The notes under the pieces: generated by a model | What the model was told of the DNA's origin: nothing | Seen by the model: only the letters and a program-made list of their open reading frames with translations | Databases searched by the model: none | Made by a program: the position numbers and the translations under genes | Assembly (NCBI GenBank): GCA_964019335.1 | Contig: OZ025688.1 | Location: 504,758-568,757 of the forward strand | Reading direction: 5' to 3' | DNA: 64,000 bases | Source: Diplonema japonicum | Taxonomy: Eukaryota > Protista > Euglenozoa: Diplonemea | Part shown: one piece after another, positions 32,262 to 43,901 of the stretch | Position numbering within the stretch: the stretch's first letter is position 1 | Layout of the letters: the number at the start of each line of letters is the position of its first letter

Positions 32262-32696
32262 ACATTAGGTGGAAAAAAGAATTTTTTTTTGGTTGCTACC
32301 ATATAGGCCCCCCCCGATTTTTTTTTTGATTTGACAACAAAAGAAAAAAGAAGCGGGAAAAGAAAAAGAAGAAAAAAAACGGGAGGGTTATTATGAGCAA
32401 AAACAAAAGAAAAAAACAAAACAAAACAAAAAGAAATGCTCCATAAAAAAGTCCCCCCCCCCCCAGCAACAAAGAAGAAGGGTGAAAAGGTGGCAAGGAA
32501 CGGACCTGATAGATCACCTTGAGAAGGTTGCTGTTGTGTTGCAATGTTTTTTTTTTTTCTTACCATCCTTATATCATGTTTTCCTTTTTCCGTCACAAGA
32601 TTTTCATTTTTCAAAAAAAAAAAAAAAAAAAAAAAAAAACAGAAACTTTGATTCACATGTAGTAATTTTAGTACCACTCAGCGGTATTAAATGCAC

Positions 32697-32727
<31 letters not shown>

Positions 32728-33855
32728 AAAGACGTAACGAAGGTGGTTTATAACACAGTTCTCAATTTAGAGAAAAGAGTGTTTAAAAAAAAAAAAGGAA
32801 GAATGAAAAACGACTATTTTGTTTTTTGTTTCTCACCCATCAGTGTTCGGAAAAAGAGGGTCGGGGGCAGTTTTCTTTAGCGAAGGTATCTCACCCCTAG
32901 TTCTTTGTCCCTGGAACCCAGATTTTTCTGAAGACGCAATCGAGGACATGGCATGACAGAATACACGACTTTTCAAAAGTTCCAATTGTGACTCAGAAGC
33001 ATGTTTCCCCCCCCTTTTTTTTTCTCTTCTTTCCCCCAAAAATAATGCGAAGGGGACGCGTAATTATCAGGAATCAGGACCAAGTTTTTTTTTTTTTTTT
33101 TTTTTTTTTTGTAAGCCGTTGCACACAACAAAGAATCAAAACCATCGCCGCAACCCTGTAAGCCTGCTTAATTAATTTCCCTTGGGCAGCTTAAAAAACT
33201 TAACACACCCACCTGAAGGGGACATAATTAAGAGGTTTACAGTACCTTTCCCCCCTTTTTGATCTTTTCGGGTCCGAAAGCGAAGTTTTCGGCCTGCAGT
33301 CCTTTTTTTTCTCTTGGGAAAGAAAAGGGATACAAAGAAAAAAAGAACTAAGAGGAGTAGAACAAAAGGGGCGGCGAAAATGGAGGGGAAATGGAGAAAA
33401 GAAAAGGGAGATTCTTTCTGCAAAGAATTCTACTGCCAGTAGCATCCAGTCGTGTGCCTGTTCAAGGGGATTGGATAGCCGTGGCGAAAGTAGCACCCGC
33501 TGAGAAAATTATGTTCCATTTTATAACTTTTTTGCCCTTTCCCCTGTTCGCCTCTCCTCTTTTTATTTCCCCTTTGTTTGTAAGGGAAACGTGTCCTTTT
33601 GTCTTTTGTTGTCCTCTTTACATCTCACCCCTCTGTCGCCTCAAAGGCCACTGATCTAGCAAACCCCGCCTTGGAACACGGGACATGGCGCATAGGTTTC
33701 AAGTGGAGCTTATTGATGACCTCATGACCCTTCTTCTTTTTTTCTTTCGTTCCTTTCTTTTCTCCCCCGTGTCGTGTCTCAAAAGCCACCTGTCTTCCAC
33801 CCTTTCACTGCTTTCCACTTTTAGGGTTTCGAATTTGAATAACAACAAAGAAAGA

Positions 33856-34710
33856 ATGGGTAACTGCGGTGGGAAAGAGAAGGCGCCCCCTGCAACGGAG
33901 CCCAGCCCTGCGATTAGGAAGGGCAGTGTTGTGCTTCGGGGGTACCAGATTGGGGAGGATGCTCAAGAGGGCGATAGCTACTTGTTTGTGTTGGGCGATG
34001 AGGGTGAGTTCAAGGTCGTGCGGGGCGTGTCATCAGTAATAGATGGGAAGAAGGTAATCGTAGCTGAGGAGCCCGAAGTTGTGGTGGTGAACTACACAAC
34101 ACTTGAGGACGGGGACGGGCTGCTGAAAGGGTCCACATGGGAGGGGGAGGTGCAGTTCATCAAGACAGCCAACGACGAGAGGATCTTAGACCTCGTGAAG
34201 AACGATAGGCGTGTCATCCAGTACAGGTGTGACCTCAACATCCCCATGGCTGTAGGCTACCCACAGCCCTTCCCTTCTGCTGACTCACGCATCACAACTC
34301 CTGAGCGTGCCATGACGAGGCCGTACTACTCTAGCGGTTCTCCCAAATTCCTCGACGGCTCGTCGAAGTCCACCTTTCAGCAGGGCATCTTCAACATCAT
34401 GGACCAGGTCGCGGAAGCCGCCACTGTCAGGTCCTACGGCGACAAGACCACAGGCATCACCGTCCTTCGGGAAATGGACATGGTATGCACGAAGCACAAC
34501 CCACACTCCTACAGGCCATCCTTTGCGGATTCTTCGTTGCACGTACGTGGTTGAACTGACGCCTCCACTCCTCCCACAGTAGTTACCGCGCCGAAGGCTG
34601 ACGGGTGCTGCAAACAGAAGCAGCACCCTTGCTGGCCCTGGTGCCTGATAGAAAGGAACATAGATCTATCAGTGAGGCCACTGATTATAAGTGCTTTCCT
34701 CCGTCATTGA
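33856..34710 (+). CDS. Putatively N-myristoylated hypothetical protein; introns 34483-34514 and 34543-34579
   Basis: MGNCGG start. Two GT...CAG introns extend the frame to TGA at 34708-34710; the 3' end is less certain. Confidence 0.6.
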
Positions 34711-34765
34711 AGCTCTCTTTTATTGTCTGCTTTGGTTCGACACTTCAGCCAATACAGGTACGAGG

Positions 34766-36097
34766 ATGAGAAAGTTCTCAAAATGGCCTAAACATGTGCC
34801 GCTGCTAGTGGGGGATGACACGCGAGAGACGATGAAGTTGTCGGTAGAAGACTTCTCAGGGGCACAGCTGCAGCGGGTACGGGTGTGGATGCGGTGCCTC
34901 ATGCGGCGGGTGCCTGTTGATGTGTTGCATATCATATTGTACTTTGCACGGGATGTGTTTAGAAGGGGCGACGTTACTGTCATCCAAAATCTCCTGAAGA
35001 GCGCGCGTACTGGAGCCCCTCTCGAAACACAGACGGCCATCAGAATCTTCAGAGGCTACGACGTTTACATCGAAGAGAAGAACATCAGTAGCACGTTGCC
35101 CATTGTTTTCAGCAGAGTGCGGTGGGGTACCCCCTGCAAGCAAGTCATCATCTTCAGCAAGAAAGACGACGCTCTTCAGCCATTTGAGCAGAAGGTTACA
35201 GCGATGCTCACCAACATCTCCCACTCCTTTGAACCTCCCCTTGAGAAAGACTACCTCTCAAAGATCATCACGGTTACTTCTAATGTCAGGTACATCTCTG
35301 AGATCAGCATCCAAGATGCAAGCTCGCTCAAGGCTGTTGTCGTTGTCCGTGCCGACCAGCTGGAGGGCGGAGTGCTGAAAAACCTGGACAAATTAATCAC
35401 ACAGAAAACGCCTCCCAATTGCCAGATCCTTGGTTACTACAAAAGCCCAACGGGTCATGAATTGAATGTGGCACACCGCACATTCTGTGAAAAGTATATA
35501 TGTGATAACCAAATCATTTCTGAAATGTGGCAGCACCTCGGGCCTCGCTGTGAGACTGATCACGCGAAGACGTCTGAGAACCGCACAGTGCGGCGCTACA
35601 ACGACTACGGGTGGGGGGCCGCACTGGGGCAGAGAGTGATCAAGGTCAAGGACATCGCTGCGAGAATAGCATTTACTTTGAAGCCAGAGAGAGATCTTCC
35701 GGAGGGGATGATGCTTGGGGTAGTCCCCACGCAGATCTTTAAAGACAAGCTTGGGGAGCACTTTAGCAGCGTGAAGTCCATCCCGTTTCCTGGAGTGGTG
35801 TACACGACATCTGCCTTCGGGGGGTTGATATTCGTTTCAGGAACACGCGGCCCCGTCGCCGAAGACCTCCCCACTCTACGTGCCACTGAGACCTTGTACG
35901 TTACAGTCAACCACACATTGCCTCTTATCACCTTCCACATCAATGAACGGTTGATCTGGAGCACCTCAAGCCTCAAAGGCTACACACCCCCCGCCTGCGA
36001 CCTCTCTCCCTACACCTTGCTTGGGGGTATTGGCGTTGGGGTTACTTTCTACCCAATCAAGACAGGGTGGAAGCGACATGAAGGCATTCAAAGGTAA
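34766..36097 (+). CDS. Hypothetical protein (weak F-box-like N-terminal motif, SPRY-like C-terminus)
   Basis: 1.3 kb ORF after ATACAG; VPVDVLHIILYF motif and a beta-rich C-terminus. Domain calls are by eye only. Confidence 0.55.
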   Translation: MRKFSKWPKHVPLLVGDDTRETMKLSVEDFSGAQLQRVRVWMRCLMRRVPVDVLHIILYFARDVFRRGDVTVIQNLLKSARTGAPLETQTAIRIFRGYDVYIEEKNISSTLPIVFSRVRWGTPCKQVIIFSKKDDALQPFEQKVTAMLTNISHSFEPPLEKDYLSKIITVTSNVRYISEISIQDASSLKAVVVVRADQLEGGVLKNLDKLITQKTPPNCQILGYYKSPTGHELNVAHRTFCEKYICDNQIISEMWQHLGPRCETDHAKTSENRTVRRYNDYGWGAALGQRVIKVKDIAARIAFTLKPERDLPEGMMLGVVPTQIFKDKLGEHFSSVKSIPFPGVVYTTSAFGGLIFVSGTRGPVAEDLPTLRATETLYVTVNHTLPLITFHINERLIWSTSSLKGYTPPACDLSPYTLLGGIGVGVTFYPIKTGWKRHEGIQR

Positions 36098-37186
36098 AGG
36101 TAGTAGAGAGGCTTGAGTCTTGTACCTCTACGAAAGCCACTAATTGTACCACTAGCGCGTGCGCTGTGAACAGAGGTGGGGGGGGGGGGGGGGGGGACTG
36201 GCTTGGCTTTCTTTTTTTCGAGAATAGGGGAGCGCAATATCCGCCCATTGATTAAGGTCATCTTTGATGGAATGGACGACTTACGGACTGCCAGAAGATA
36301 CAGTGGCGTGTAGATATCTAGCCAAAGTGTTCTCAGGTGATCGCGGCATCAGCCTTCAAGCGGATCCCTGTCTTAATGATGCCGAAAGAACCCCAGCATT
36401 AAGCAGCCTGGGGTTCAATGTGCTGTATCACCTGAGTTATTCAGCTCGGAAAAGTAAAGTTGAATTATAGAATGGTGAGGAATGGGCCTGTTAAACGGAT
36501 ATTGCGTTCCTTTGTATTTTTGATTGCATTTTTACGCGGGGTGCACTTCCCCCCCCCCCTCATTTTTTAATTTTCCGGCATTTCACCTGACAGACCCGAA
36601 GAAGTTTTAGAAGAGCAGATTTGCTTCACTGATGCCAACCTGCAGTCCTGTGTTCAAATCTTGATGTAGTCACCCACGGCGGCACGGACAGGGCCCTGTT
36701 TTGGCAGAAATATGTTCAGTAGGGAAACCGGATGACCCTTAAAGCGCGCAGGGGGGGGGGGGGGGGGGGGGGGGGTACATGAATTTTAATTTTCTTGAGC
36801 ATTGAAAGAGAAGTGTGTTCCTCATTTCTTTTATTTTTGCGTATTTTTTATTTTTTGCGTGTAGTTCCTTCCCCCCCTTTATTTTCCCTCTTCTCTCCAT
36901 TTGTCCCACCTCCAACGGCCATTTCCCGACTTTGACCCCAAATCCCTTCTTGCGTCAGAAATTCACAAAAAAAAACAAAACACAAATAAAAAAGACATAC
37001 CAGCACTTTTATGCCATTCTTTTATCCTCCCCCCCCCCCCCCCCCCCCGTTACTTTAATCATTCCTGAGGGGTATGCTTTTTGACTTACCTCTGCAGTTT
37101 CGGTGCTGAACGTGTTGTATTCTTTTTTTTAGATTATTATTTGTTTTGCTCTGTTGTACTGTTGTCAAGGTCTCGGGGGTGGAAAA

Positions 37187-40100
37187 ATGAGTTCCCGTCC
37201 AAGGGTCTACTGCAGGATACGACCCCTGAACGAGAAGGAACGGCTCGTGGAGGGCGAGAAGGAGTGTTTTTTCACGAACGGGGACAACACGTTGGTCTAC
37301 AAGAAAGAGAAAGATGGTCAGATGCGAAGCAGGTTCGATGCTGTGCTCGGCAACAGCACCTCACAGGACACCGTCTACGAGCTTCTCAAGACAGAGGTCA
37401 CTTCGTCGCTGTTCACAGGGTACAATGCCACCGTATTTGCCTACGGACAGACGGGCAGCGGGAAAACCTACACAATGGAAGGCACTAAGAACGACCGTGG
37501 CCTCATCCCCAGACTCGTAAACGAGATATTCAACACGTTCAAAGAGAAGAGTGACGTCACGAACGCCTCTGTCAAGATGTCATACGTCCAGATCTATCAG
37601 GACCAGATTCAAGACTTGCTGCAAAGTAGAAAGCTCCTTGACATCAAGCTGGACAAAGCGGGGCACTACATTGCAAACGGCGCCCTCTGGAAGGATGTTA
37701 CAAGCTCCTCGCACGCAATGCAGATCTACACTGAGTCTCTTAAGAACAGAGCAACCAGTGCTACAGAAATGAACCTCATATCCAGCAGGTCCCATGCACT
37801 GCTTCAATTTCAACTGAAGTGGGACGAACCCCTGGCCCCAGGCTCCAACGCCAAGCTGAACCTCATCGACCTTGCGGGAAGCGAAAAAGTGGCCCTTTCT
37901 GGTGCGTCTGGCGAGATATTAAAGGAAGCCATTGCTATCAACAAGTCCCTCTCAGCCCTGTCCAACGTAGTAAAAGCTCTCGTTGACCAAGCTAAGGACC
38001 CTGCTAAGAGGGTCCACATTCCGTACAAGGACTCTAAGCTCACCTACCTGCTGCAGTCCAGTCTTGGCGGCAACAACCTGATACACTTCATCCTTTGCCT
38101 GTCTGCCTCGATCTTGTATAGGAATGAAGGTTCATCGACAGTGGAGTTCGGCAAGCGCGCACTCAAGGTGGTCCTGAAGCCCGTGAAGAATCCTATCGAC
38201 TATAGACGCTTGGAAGAGATGGAGAGGATGATCGAGCAGATGCGCCAGCACATATCAGAGCTTGAAGGGAAACTCTCACAGAAGACAGCAGAGCCGCTGC
38301 CGCCTGCAAAGCAAGGCGGCGAGGAGTTCTTAGCAATGGAGATCATCAAACAAGACGATGCTGAACCGCAGGAAGCAGAGACAGTCGTAAAGCAGAGGGA
38401 GGCTATCAAAGCAGTGATCTCGCAACTCGAAACACAGCAGAAGTCTGTTGAAGAAAGGCTGAGCGAGAGAGAGCAAGAAATCACTCAGCTGAAGAAAGGC
38501 AACGTGAGGGAGCGGGCCACACTGCAGTCGCAGTTCAACGAGGAGAAGCGGCGATACACAGAAGAAATGAACACCCTGCGCAGCAACGTCAAACGGCAGC
38601 AAGAGTGTCTGAACGAGAAGGAGATGGAATTTAAGAAAGCACGCGACCTGCGTGCAAGGAAAAAGAGCATCATCCATAGCAGCAAGGTGACGAGTAAGTT
38701 GAGGTTAAAGACAAATCTTGAACTAGAAAGGATCTACAGGATGCTGCCGGAGTCTCTCCATGAGCTCACATCTCATTGCATTTTGTTCCCACAAAGTAAA
38801 GCACGGTTCAGAGAACTGGGCGGCCTTAAAAAGCTGTTGGGCCTTATTGATTGCAAGGGCAACAAGGGAAGGGAATCGTATATCGCTCATGCAGCATACG
38901 CGTTGTCTATCGCCCTTGACGAGGAGGGGAGGGACGAGGTGCGTGAACTGGGCGGGGTTGCAGCTGTGTCGGACGTATTGAGCAGGACTGATGAGCACAG
39001 CAAGCAGTTTGCCTGCAGAGCGCTTGAGGCACTCGTAAGGGGCAACAGCAAGAATAAAGAGGGTGTTGTGGATTCAGTTTTGCTGGGGCTTGCTAACTTG
39101 GTAGGCACGCACCCGCACCAACAAGTGCAAGAAGCCGCCTGCAGTGCCCTTGCAGAGATAGCTGACTCACAGCCTAACATTAAAGCAAAGCTCATGAAGA
39201 ACGGGCTACTCGAAAAAATGATTTCGCTCATCAGAGACACACCACCCGAGGTGGCTGATCTCATCAAGGTGGGTGTCACGGTGATAGGGAGGTTGGCACA
39301 GCAGCATGCAGCTTGCCAGAATGAGATCGCCAGGCTGAACGGCGTCGCGTTGCTTGTAGGAATCCTTTTCAGCAACGTGGGCGACCGTGACCCGCAGCTC
39401 CCTGTGCTCACCGCGTATGCCCTCGTGAACATTTGCTGCAATAATAAGGATAATATGTTGACTCTTCAAAAGCACCCGCGCTACAAGGAGATCAAGTTCA
39501 AGCTGCTTGAGGGGCTAGGGCGCGTCTTCTCTGACAACATCGCAAACGAAAACAGGATCTCCGCCACAGCATCACACGTGATCAAGGACGGCAGCAACGT
39601 GCTCTTCGGTTACCATGGTGTGACGTGCAAATCCGAATGGAGCACCTTTACGGCCGGGGGGCGACCCACATACTCGACATTCATGGAGAACCCTCAGTTT
39701 GTACTGCATGTCCCAACAGATAGCAATATTTCAATTGTTCTGAGTGACACAAGCTGCGAGGACAAGACGGGGAGAAATTCTAGCAAAAGAAAGACGATAT
39801 ACATGGGGATCTCGGTGTTTAACGGAGACAGGGCTCTCTTGTGTGACAAAGGTCTCAAACAGCTTGACTTCAATGGGAAGTTCGTGACCAGTGGCAGATA
39901 CAACCGAAACAGGGAAAACACGCTGTCCCTGCCTTTGAAGGGGTCGCCTGATCCGTACGTTATCGTGCCCTTCACGGCGCATCTCTTGCAACACACGTCC
40001 TTTGTGCTTGGTGTGTTCAGTGACAACGAGGTAGAGGTGGCACAAGTGCCTGAGGAGGGCGGGTGGGTGAAAAGGGTGTTCGAAGGCAGATGGACGAAGA

Positions 40101-41560
40101 AGAGCGGGAGAGGTGTCGACAGTTTCGATTGGCGAAACAATGACCAGTACGTAATTACGGTGAGTGAGGTGACTACCTTAGTGGCGGTGCTGTCTTATAG
40201 GAAAATAGATGACTTCCGACTGAAGCAGGCACTCGCGGCTGACGATGAAGAGATCTCAGAAGACGACCCACGCAACGAGGAAAAGAGGGAGCGCCCTCAC
40301 CTCCATGGCAGAGTATTTGCTTCAGCCTTCGCACCCGATAAGCGCTACGTGCGGTCGAACATCCCGTCACCTCAGAATACCACATTCGAGACCTGCAACG
40401 AGTACCTGTCAACAAGCTCAGTTAAGACAACGATGACCTTACACCCAAACAACACATATGTCTTCATCCCCTTCACAGAGACGCCTATTGAAGACGACTA
40501 CAGGATCGCCTTCTACAGCGACAACGACGAAGTAAACATGCACCCCCTGGGCCTATCCATGGAATGGTACGCCTTCCAGTACACTGGGATCTGGCCTACA
40601 GTTTCTGACAGCAGCCCCGACCAGTCGCCGTTCCTCATTATGAAGGGTGGCGGCAAGGTGGTTGTCATCGGACATTCAAAAGATGTGTACCTCCTGCTAA
40701 CCATCTACGAGATCACAGATGATACTTGGAAAGAAGGCTCGCCTGTGAACAACAACGTTAGGACGAAGAAACTCATTTCATGTGACGCCTTTTGGGCAAA
40801 TGAGTGCGTCTTGGAAGCAGAGCTTCCACAGGGCAGTTGCTCGTACTGGGTAACGTTGCAAGGCATCAAGACAGCAGAGACAGGTGAGCAGAAGCCAGTG
40901 ACAGCTGGGTCTTTCAACCTGGCTGTGTACGTTGAGGATATCGGCACGTCAGTGACATCGCCTTACACGCTAGTGCCGTCTTCGCTCATTGACAGGCTCA
41001 ATGCAAAGCCGGAGAATGTGGGCTATGGTTGGGAGAAGCTCATCACGGGTGGGATCGAGGAAGTGACAGAGGTAACGGACGAAGAGGACGACAGCGATGA
41101 CAGCACGTTTGTAGAGGAAATGGAGTCGAAGAAGAGGAACGCAGAGGTTGAGGAGCTCAAGCAGCAGCTGCATGAGAAGCAAAACCTCATTAACAACCTT
41201 AGCAAGGAAGCCTCCACGACACCGCAGCCGCCCTCCAGAAGGAACAGCTCGCATAGCAGCAGCCGCAGGAACAGCACCAAGGTCCCCGCAAGGGTGTCTT
41301 CTGGATTCCGCGGTTCCGGTTCTGGCTCCAACGCTGCTAAGACACTACGTAATAGTACACCGTCAACACCCACTTCTGCGGCATCCGTGGCAGATATGAC
41401 TGCCCTCTCGAGTGCTTCAGAACAGCTTGTGAAAAAGATAAGTTCTTTTGCTAGCCTCTCAACTGTCCCGACGCCTGCAGAGTTTAAAAAACTGCAAGAA
41501 GACCTCCTGCAGGCCGCGGACAAGCTTTCGGTCACGACAAGAAGAGCCACAGCACCCTGA
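37187..41560 (+). CDS. Kinesin with coiled coil, armadillo/importin-alpha-like repeats and calpain domain-III-like modules (trypanosome KIN-E architecture)
   Basis: Motor motifs RIRP, GQTGSGKT, SSRSH, DLAGSE and HIPYKDSKLT; ARM-like repeats (RELGGVAAV, VQEAACSALAEI); calpain-III motifs WSTFTAGG...ENPQF and GRWTKKSG...NNDQY. Confidence 0.92.
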   Translation: MSSRPRVYCRIRPLNEKERLVEGEKECFFTNGDNTLVYKKEKDGQMRSRFDAVLGNSTSQDTVYELLKTEVTSSLFTGYNATVFAYGQTGSGKTYTMEGTKNDRGLIPRLVNEIFNTFKEKSDVTNASVKMSYVQIYQDQIQDLLQSRKLLDIKLDKAGHYIANGALWKDVTSSSHAMQIYTESLKNRATSATEMNLISSRSHALLQFQLKWDEPLAPGSNAKLNLIDLAGSEKVALSGASGEILKEAIAINKSLSALSNVVKALVDQAKDPAKRVHIPYKDSKLTYLLQSSLGGNNLIHFILCLSASILYRNEGSSTVEFGKRALKVVLKPVKNPIDYRRLEEMERMIEQMRQHISELEGKLSQKTAEPLPPAKQGGEEFLAMEIIKQDDAEPQEAETVVKQREAIKAVISQLETQQKSVEERLSEREQEITQLKKGNVRERATLQSQFNEEKRRYTEEMNTLRSNVKRQQECLNEKEMEFKKARDLRARKKSIIHSSKVTSKLRLKTNLELERIYRMLPESLHELTSHCILFPQSKARFRELGGLKKLLGLIDCKGNKGRESYIAHAAYALSIALDEEGRDEVRELGGVAAVSDVLSRTDEHSKQFACRALEALVRGNSKNKEGVVDSVLLGLANLVGTHPHQQVQEAACSALAEIADSQPNIKAKLMKNGLLEKMISLIRDTPPEVADLIKVGVTVIGRLAQQHAACQNEIARLNGVALLVGILFSNVGDRDPQLPVLTAYALVNICCNNKDNMLTLQKHPRYKEIKFKLLEGLGRVFSDNIANENRISATASHVIKDGSNVLFGYHGVTCKSEWSTFTAGGRPTYSTFMENPQFVLHVPTDSNISIVLSDTSCEDKTGRNSSKRKTIYMGISVFNGDRALLCDKGLKQLDFNGKFVTSGRYNRNRENTLSLPLKGSPDPYVIVPFTAHLLQHTSFVLGVFSDNEVEVAQVPEEGGWVKRVFEGRWTKKSGRGVDSFDWRNNDQYVITVSEVTTLVAVLSYRKIDDFRLKQALAADDEEISEDDPRNEEKRERPHLHGRVFASAFAPDKRYVRSNIPSPQNTTFETCNEYLSTSSVKTTMTLHPNNTYVFIPFTETPIEDDYRIAFYSDNDEVNMHPLGLSMEWYAFQYTGIWPTVSDSSPDQSPFLIMKGGGKVVVIGHSKDVYLLLTIYEITDDTWKEGSPVNNNVRTKKLISCDAFWANECVLEAELPQGSCSYWVTLQGIKTAETGEQKPVTAGSFNLAVYVEDIGTSVTSPYTLVPSSLIDRLNAKPENVGYGWEKLITGGIEEVTEVTDEEDDSDDSTFVEEMESKKRNAEVEELKQQLHEKQNLINNLSKEASTTPQPPSRRNSSHSSSRRNSTKVPARVSSGFRGSGSGSNAAKTLRNSTPSTPTSAASVADMTALSSASEQLVKKISSFASLSTVPTPAEFKKLQEDLLQAADKLSVTTRRATAP

Positions 41561-41682
41561 CTGTAAATACTTCTCATTCGCGTTATAATGCAGTTGCATA
41601 CATGCAAGTAGTTAATATTTGTTATTCATTGCGAACCTCGTCAGAATATTAAACACGTCATCTCAGCTTTTTCAGCATACAC

Positions 41683-42705
41683 ATGGCACAGCAAGTCGGT
41701 GAGAAGAGGAAGACGACTAACGTGGAGGAAGAGGATGAAGCGGAGCAGTGGACGGACATCGAGAGGCTGACCGAGATGGGGATTGGCAGTGCGGACATCG
41801 CGAAGCTGAAGTCAGGTGGTGTTAACACGGTTGGAGGGCTCATCATGCAGGTGAAGAAGTCTCTGCTTGCTATAAAGGGTTTGAGCGAAGCGAAGGTCGA
41901 CAAGATCCTCGAGGCGTCGAAGAAGCTGTCCACATGCGGCTTCCAGTCAGGTGTTGAGGCACTTGAGAAGAGAAAGGACGTCGTGAAGATCACAACCGGG
42001 TGCAAGGCCTTCGACGACTTGCTCGGTGGCGGCATCGAGACCATGTCCATCACAGAGGCTTTCGGGGAGTTTAGGACAGGAAAGACACAGTTGGCGCACA
42101 CCTTGTGTGTCACGTCGCAGCTGCCGCGCTCCATGGGTGGCGGGAACGGAAAGGTCGCCTTCGTCGACACAGAAGGAACCTTCCGTCCTGAGAGGATCCG
42201 CCCTATTGCTGAGAGATTTGGTCTGGAAGCGGAAGCTGCACTGGAGAACATTATTGTTGCGCGTGCCTATACGCATGAGCACCAGGCGTCGCTGCTGGGC
42301 CTACTGGGCGCCAAGATGGTCGACGATCAGTTCAAGTTGCTCATCATCGACAGCATCACTGCCCTTTTCAGGGTCGACTTCTCGGGCAGGGGCGAGTTGG
42401 CCGAGCGTCAGCAGAAACTGGGGAAGATGCTGTCGCACCTAGTGAAGCTTGCAGAAGAGTTCAATGTAGCAGTGTACGTCACCAACCAGGTAATCGCCGA
42501 TCCCGGAGGCGCAAGCATGTTCACTGCTGACCCGAAGAAGCCTGTGGGTGGTCATGTCATGGCGCACGCGTCCACCACAAGGCTCTTCTTCAGGAAGGGC
42601 AGAGGTGAGCAACGTATCGCCAAGATTCACGATTCCCCATGCCTTCCCGAGGCTGAGGCCGTGTATCAGATCTCTGCCGAGGGCATCACCGATGCCAAGG
42701 ACTAA
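41683..42705 (+). CDS. DMC1: Meiotic recombinase DMC1
   Basis: RecA fold with DMC1-type residues [36 protein letters not shown] and DPG...[15 protein letters not shown]. Confidence 0.93.
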   Translation: MAQQVGEKRKTTNVEEEDEAEQWTDIERLTEMGIGSADIAKLKSGGVNTVGGLIMQVKKSLLAIKGLSEAKVDKILEASKKLSTCGFQSGVEALEKRKDVVKITTGCKAFDDLLGGGIETMSITEAFGEFRTGKTQLAHTLCVTSQLPRSMGGGNGKVAFVDTEGTFRPERIRPIAERFGLEAEAALENIIVARAYTHEHQASLLGLLGAKMVDDQFKLLIIDSITALFRVDFSGRGELAERQQKLGKMLSHLVKLAEEFNVAVYVTNQVIADPGGASMFTADPKKPVGGHVMAHASTTRLFFRKGRGEQRIAKIHDSPCLPEAEAVYQISAEGITDAKD

Positions 42706-42872
42706 TATGCTATCTTTTTCTTCCTCTTTTCTATTCTGAAACTGCCTCTCAGGCAGTCTAATATTTACACGTGCATTTGTTGCATGTTCTTATTTCTATT
42801 TTTCTTATTGGTTGTAAAAAAGACAATATCAACGTTTTGCAGGATTAATAAAGAAGTGTAGAGAGAAGAAAA

Positions 42873-43859
42873 ATGGGTCGCTCGTTGTCAAACCCGGGGA
42901 TGAGCAGGAAGCAGAACAAAGAGCGGAAAGAGAAAAACAAGTTTTTTCGGGTTAAGAAATACAGGAAGCATGAGTTGGGTAAGGAAAAGATGAAAGAGCA
43001 TAACAAGCAGCAGGAGGTGGTGGGGCACAATAAAGCGATATTGAATGCAAAACTGGACGCACTGAGAGCGGAGAGGAGAGCGAAAGGCATCACTAAGCCG
43101 AAGAGGAAGAGGGAAGAAATTGAGGATGAGCCGGAGGTGGCGGAGCCCAAGGCGCCGACACAAGTTGCGCCAGTAACGAAATTCACAGGAGAACGTTGGA
43201 TTGTGGTGTCTCCGGGTGTGCTAGTGCGCAAAGGAGAGGAGCTGGACTCAGCAGAGGTGGGGAAGTTGGACAACAAGACTCTGATTGATGTTGTTGAGAT
43301 GAAGGGGAGACGTGGGAGGCTAGCTGCACCCCTGCAGGGCTGGGTGTCCATCAGAGCAAAAGACGGTGCTTCTATTTGCCAGCCGGACTACGACAGCGAC
43401 GCAGACTACAGTGAAGACGGTCAGGCCGAAGCCATGCACGAGGATTACGAGTCAGGCAGCAATGACGGTGATGAGGATGGCGATGAAGATGGCTCAAGCG
43501 TCGACAGCAACGACTTCGAGGTGAAAGTTAACACTGCTGAGGACGAGGCGGAAGAGGATGAGGAAGACGAAGAAGCAGACGAGCTGGCACAAGCTTGCAA
43601 GGCCCTCGAAGAGGCCAACAGCGTCGACTCCGACAGCCAAGACGCTCCCCCGAAGAGGAATGCACCCCGTGTCCCGAATTTGAAAACAAAGGTGTATACC
43701 ACCAAAAAGGGTAAAGAAAAAACGATAGTAAGAGACAGGGCAGCAAACAAGGTAGGTTCTCATCCCATCAACCCCAACATAAACAGAGACGCAAGAAAGA
43801 AGAGAAAAACAGCAAGAAGCGCCAAAGGTTCCACTAGTAACATCACTGATCATTATTAG
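42873..43859 (+). CDS. Basic/acidic low-complexity protein with a central SH3b-like domain
   Basis: K/R-rich ends and a D/E-rich tract; central WIVVSPGVLVRKG..DS..VG.L.......GRRGRL..P..GWVS. Confidence 0.7.
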   Translation: MGRSLSNPGMSRKQNKERKEKNKFFRVKKYRKHELGKEKMKEHNKQQEVVGHNKAILNAKLDALRAERRAKGITKPKRKREEIEDEPEVAEPKAPTQVAPVTKFTGERWIVVSPGVLVRKGEELDSAEVGKLDNKTLIDVVEMKGRRGRLAAPLQGWVSIRAKDGASICQPDYDSDADYSEDGQAEAMHEDYESGSNDGDEDGDEDGSSVDSNDFEVKVNTAEDEAEEDEEDEEADELAQACKALEEANSVDSDSQDAPPKRNAPRVPNLKTKVYTTKKGKEKTIVRDRAANKVGSHPINPNINRDARKKRKTARSAKGSTSNITDHY

Positions 43860-43901
43860 CACGCCATGCCACGAATCACACAAACACAGGAAGTGGGCAA
43901 G

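Noticed and set aside
41683-42705. RAD51 assignment
   Set aside because: Diagnostic residues (FRVDF, ELAERQQ, DPG, GGH) are DMC1-type.
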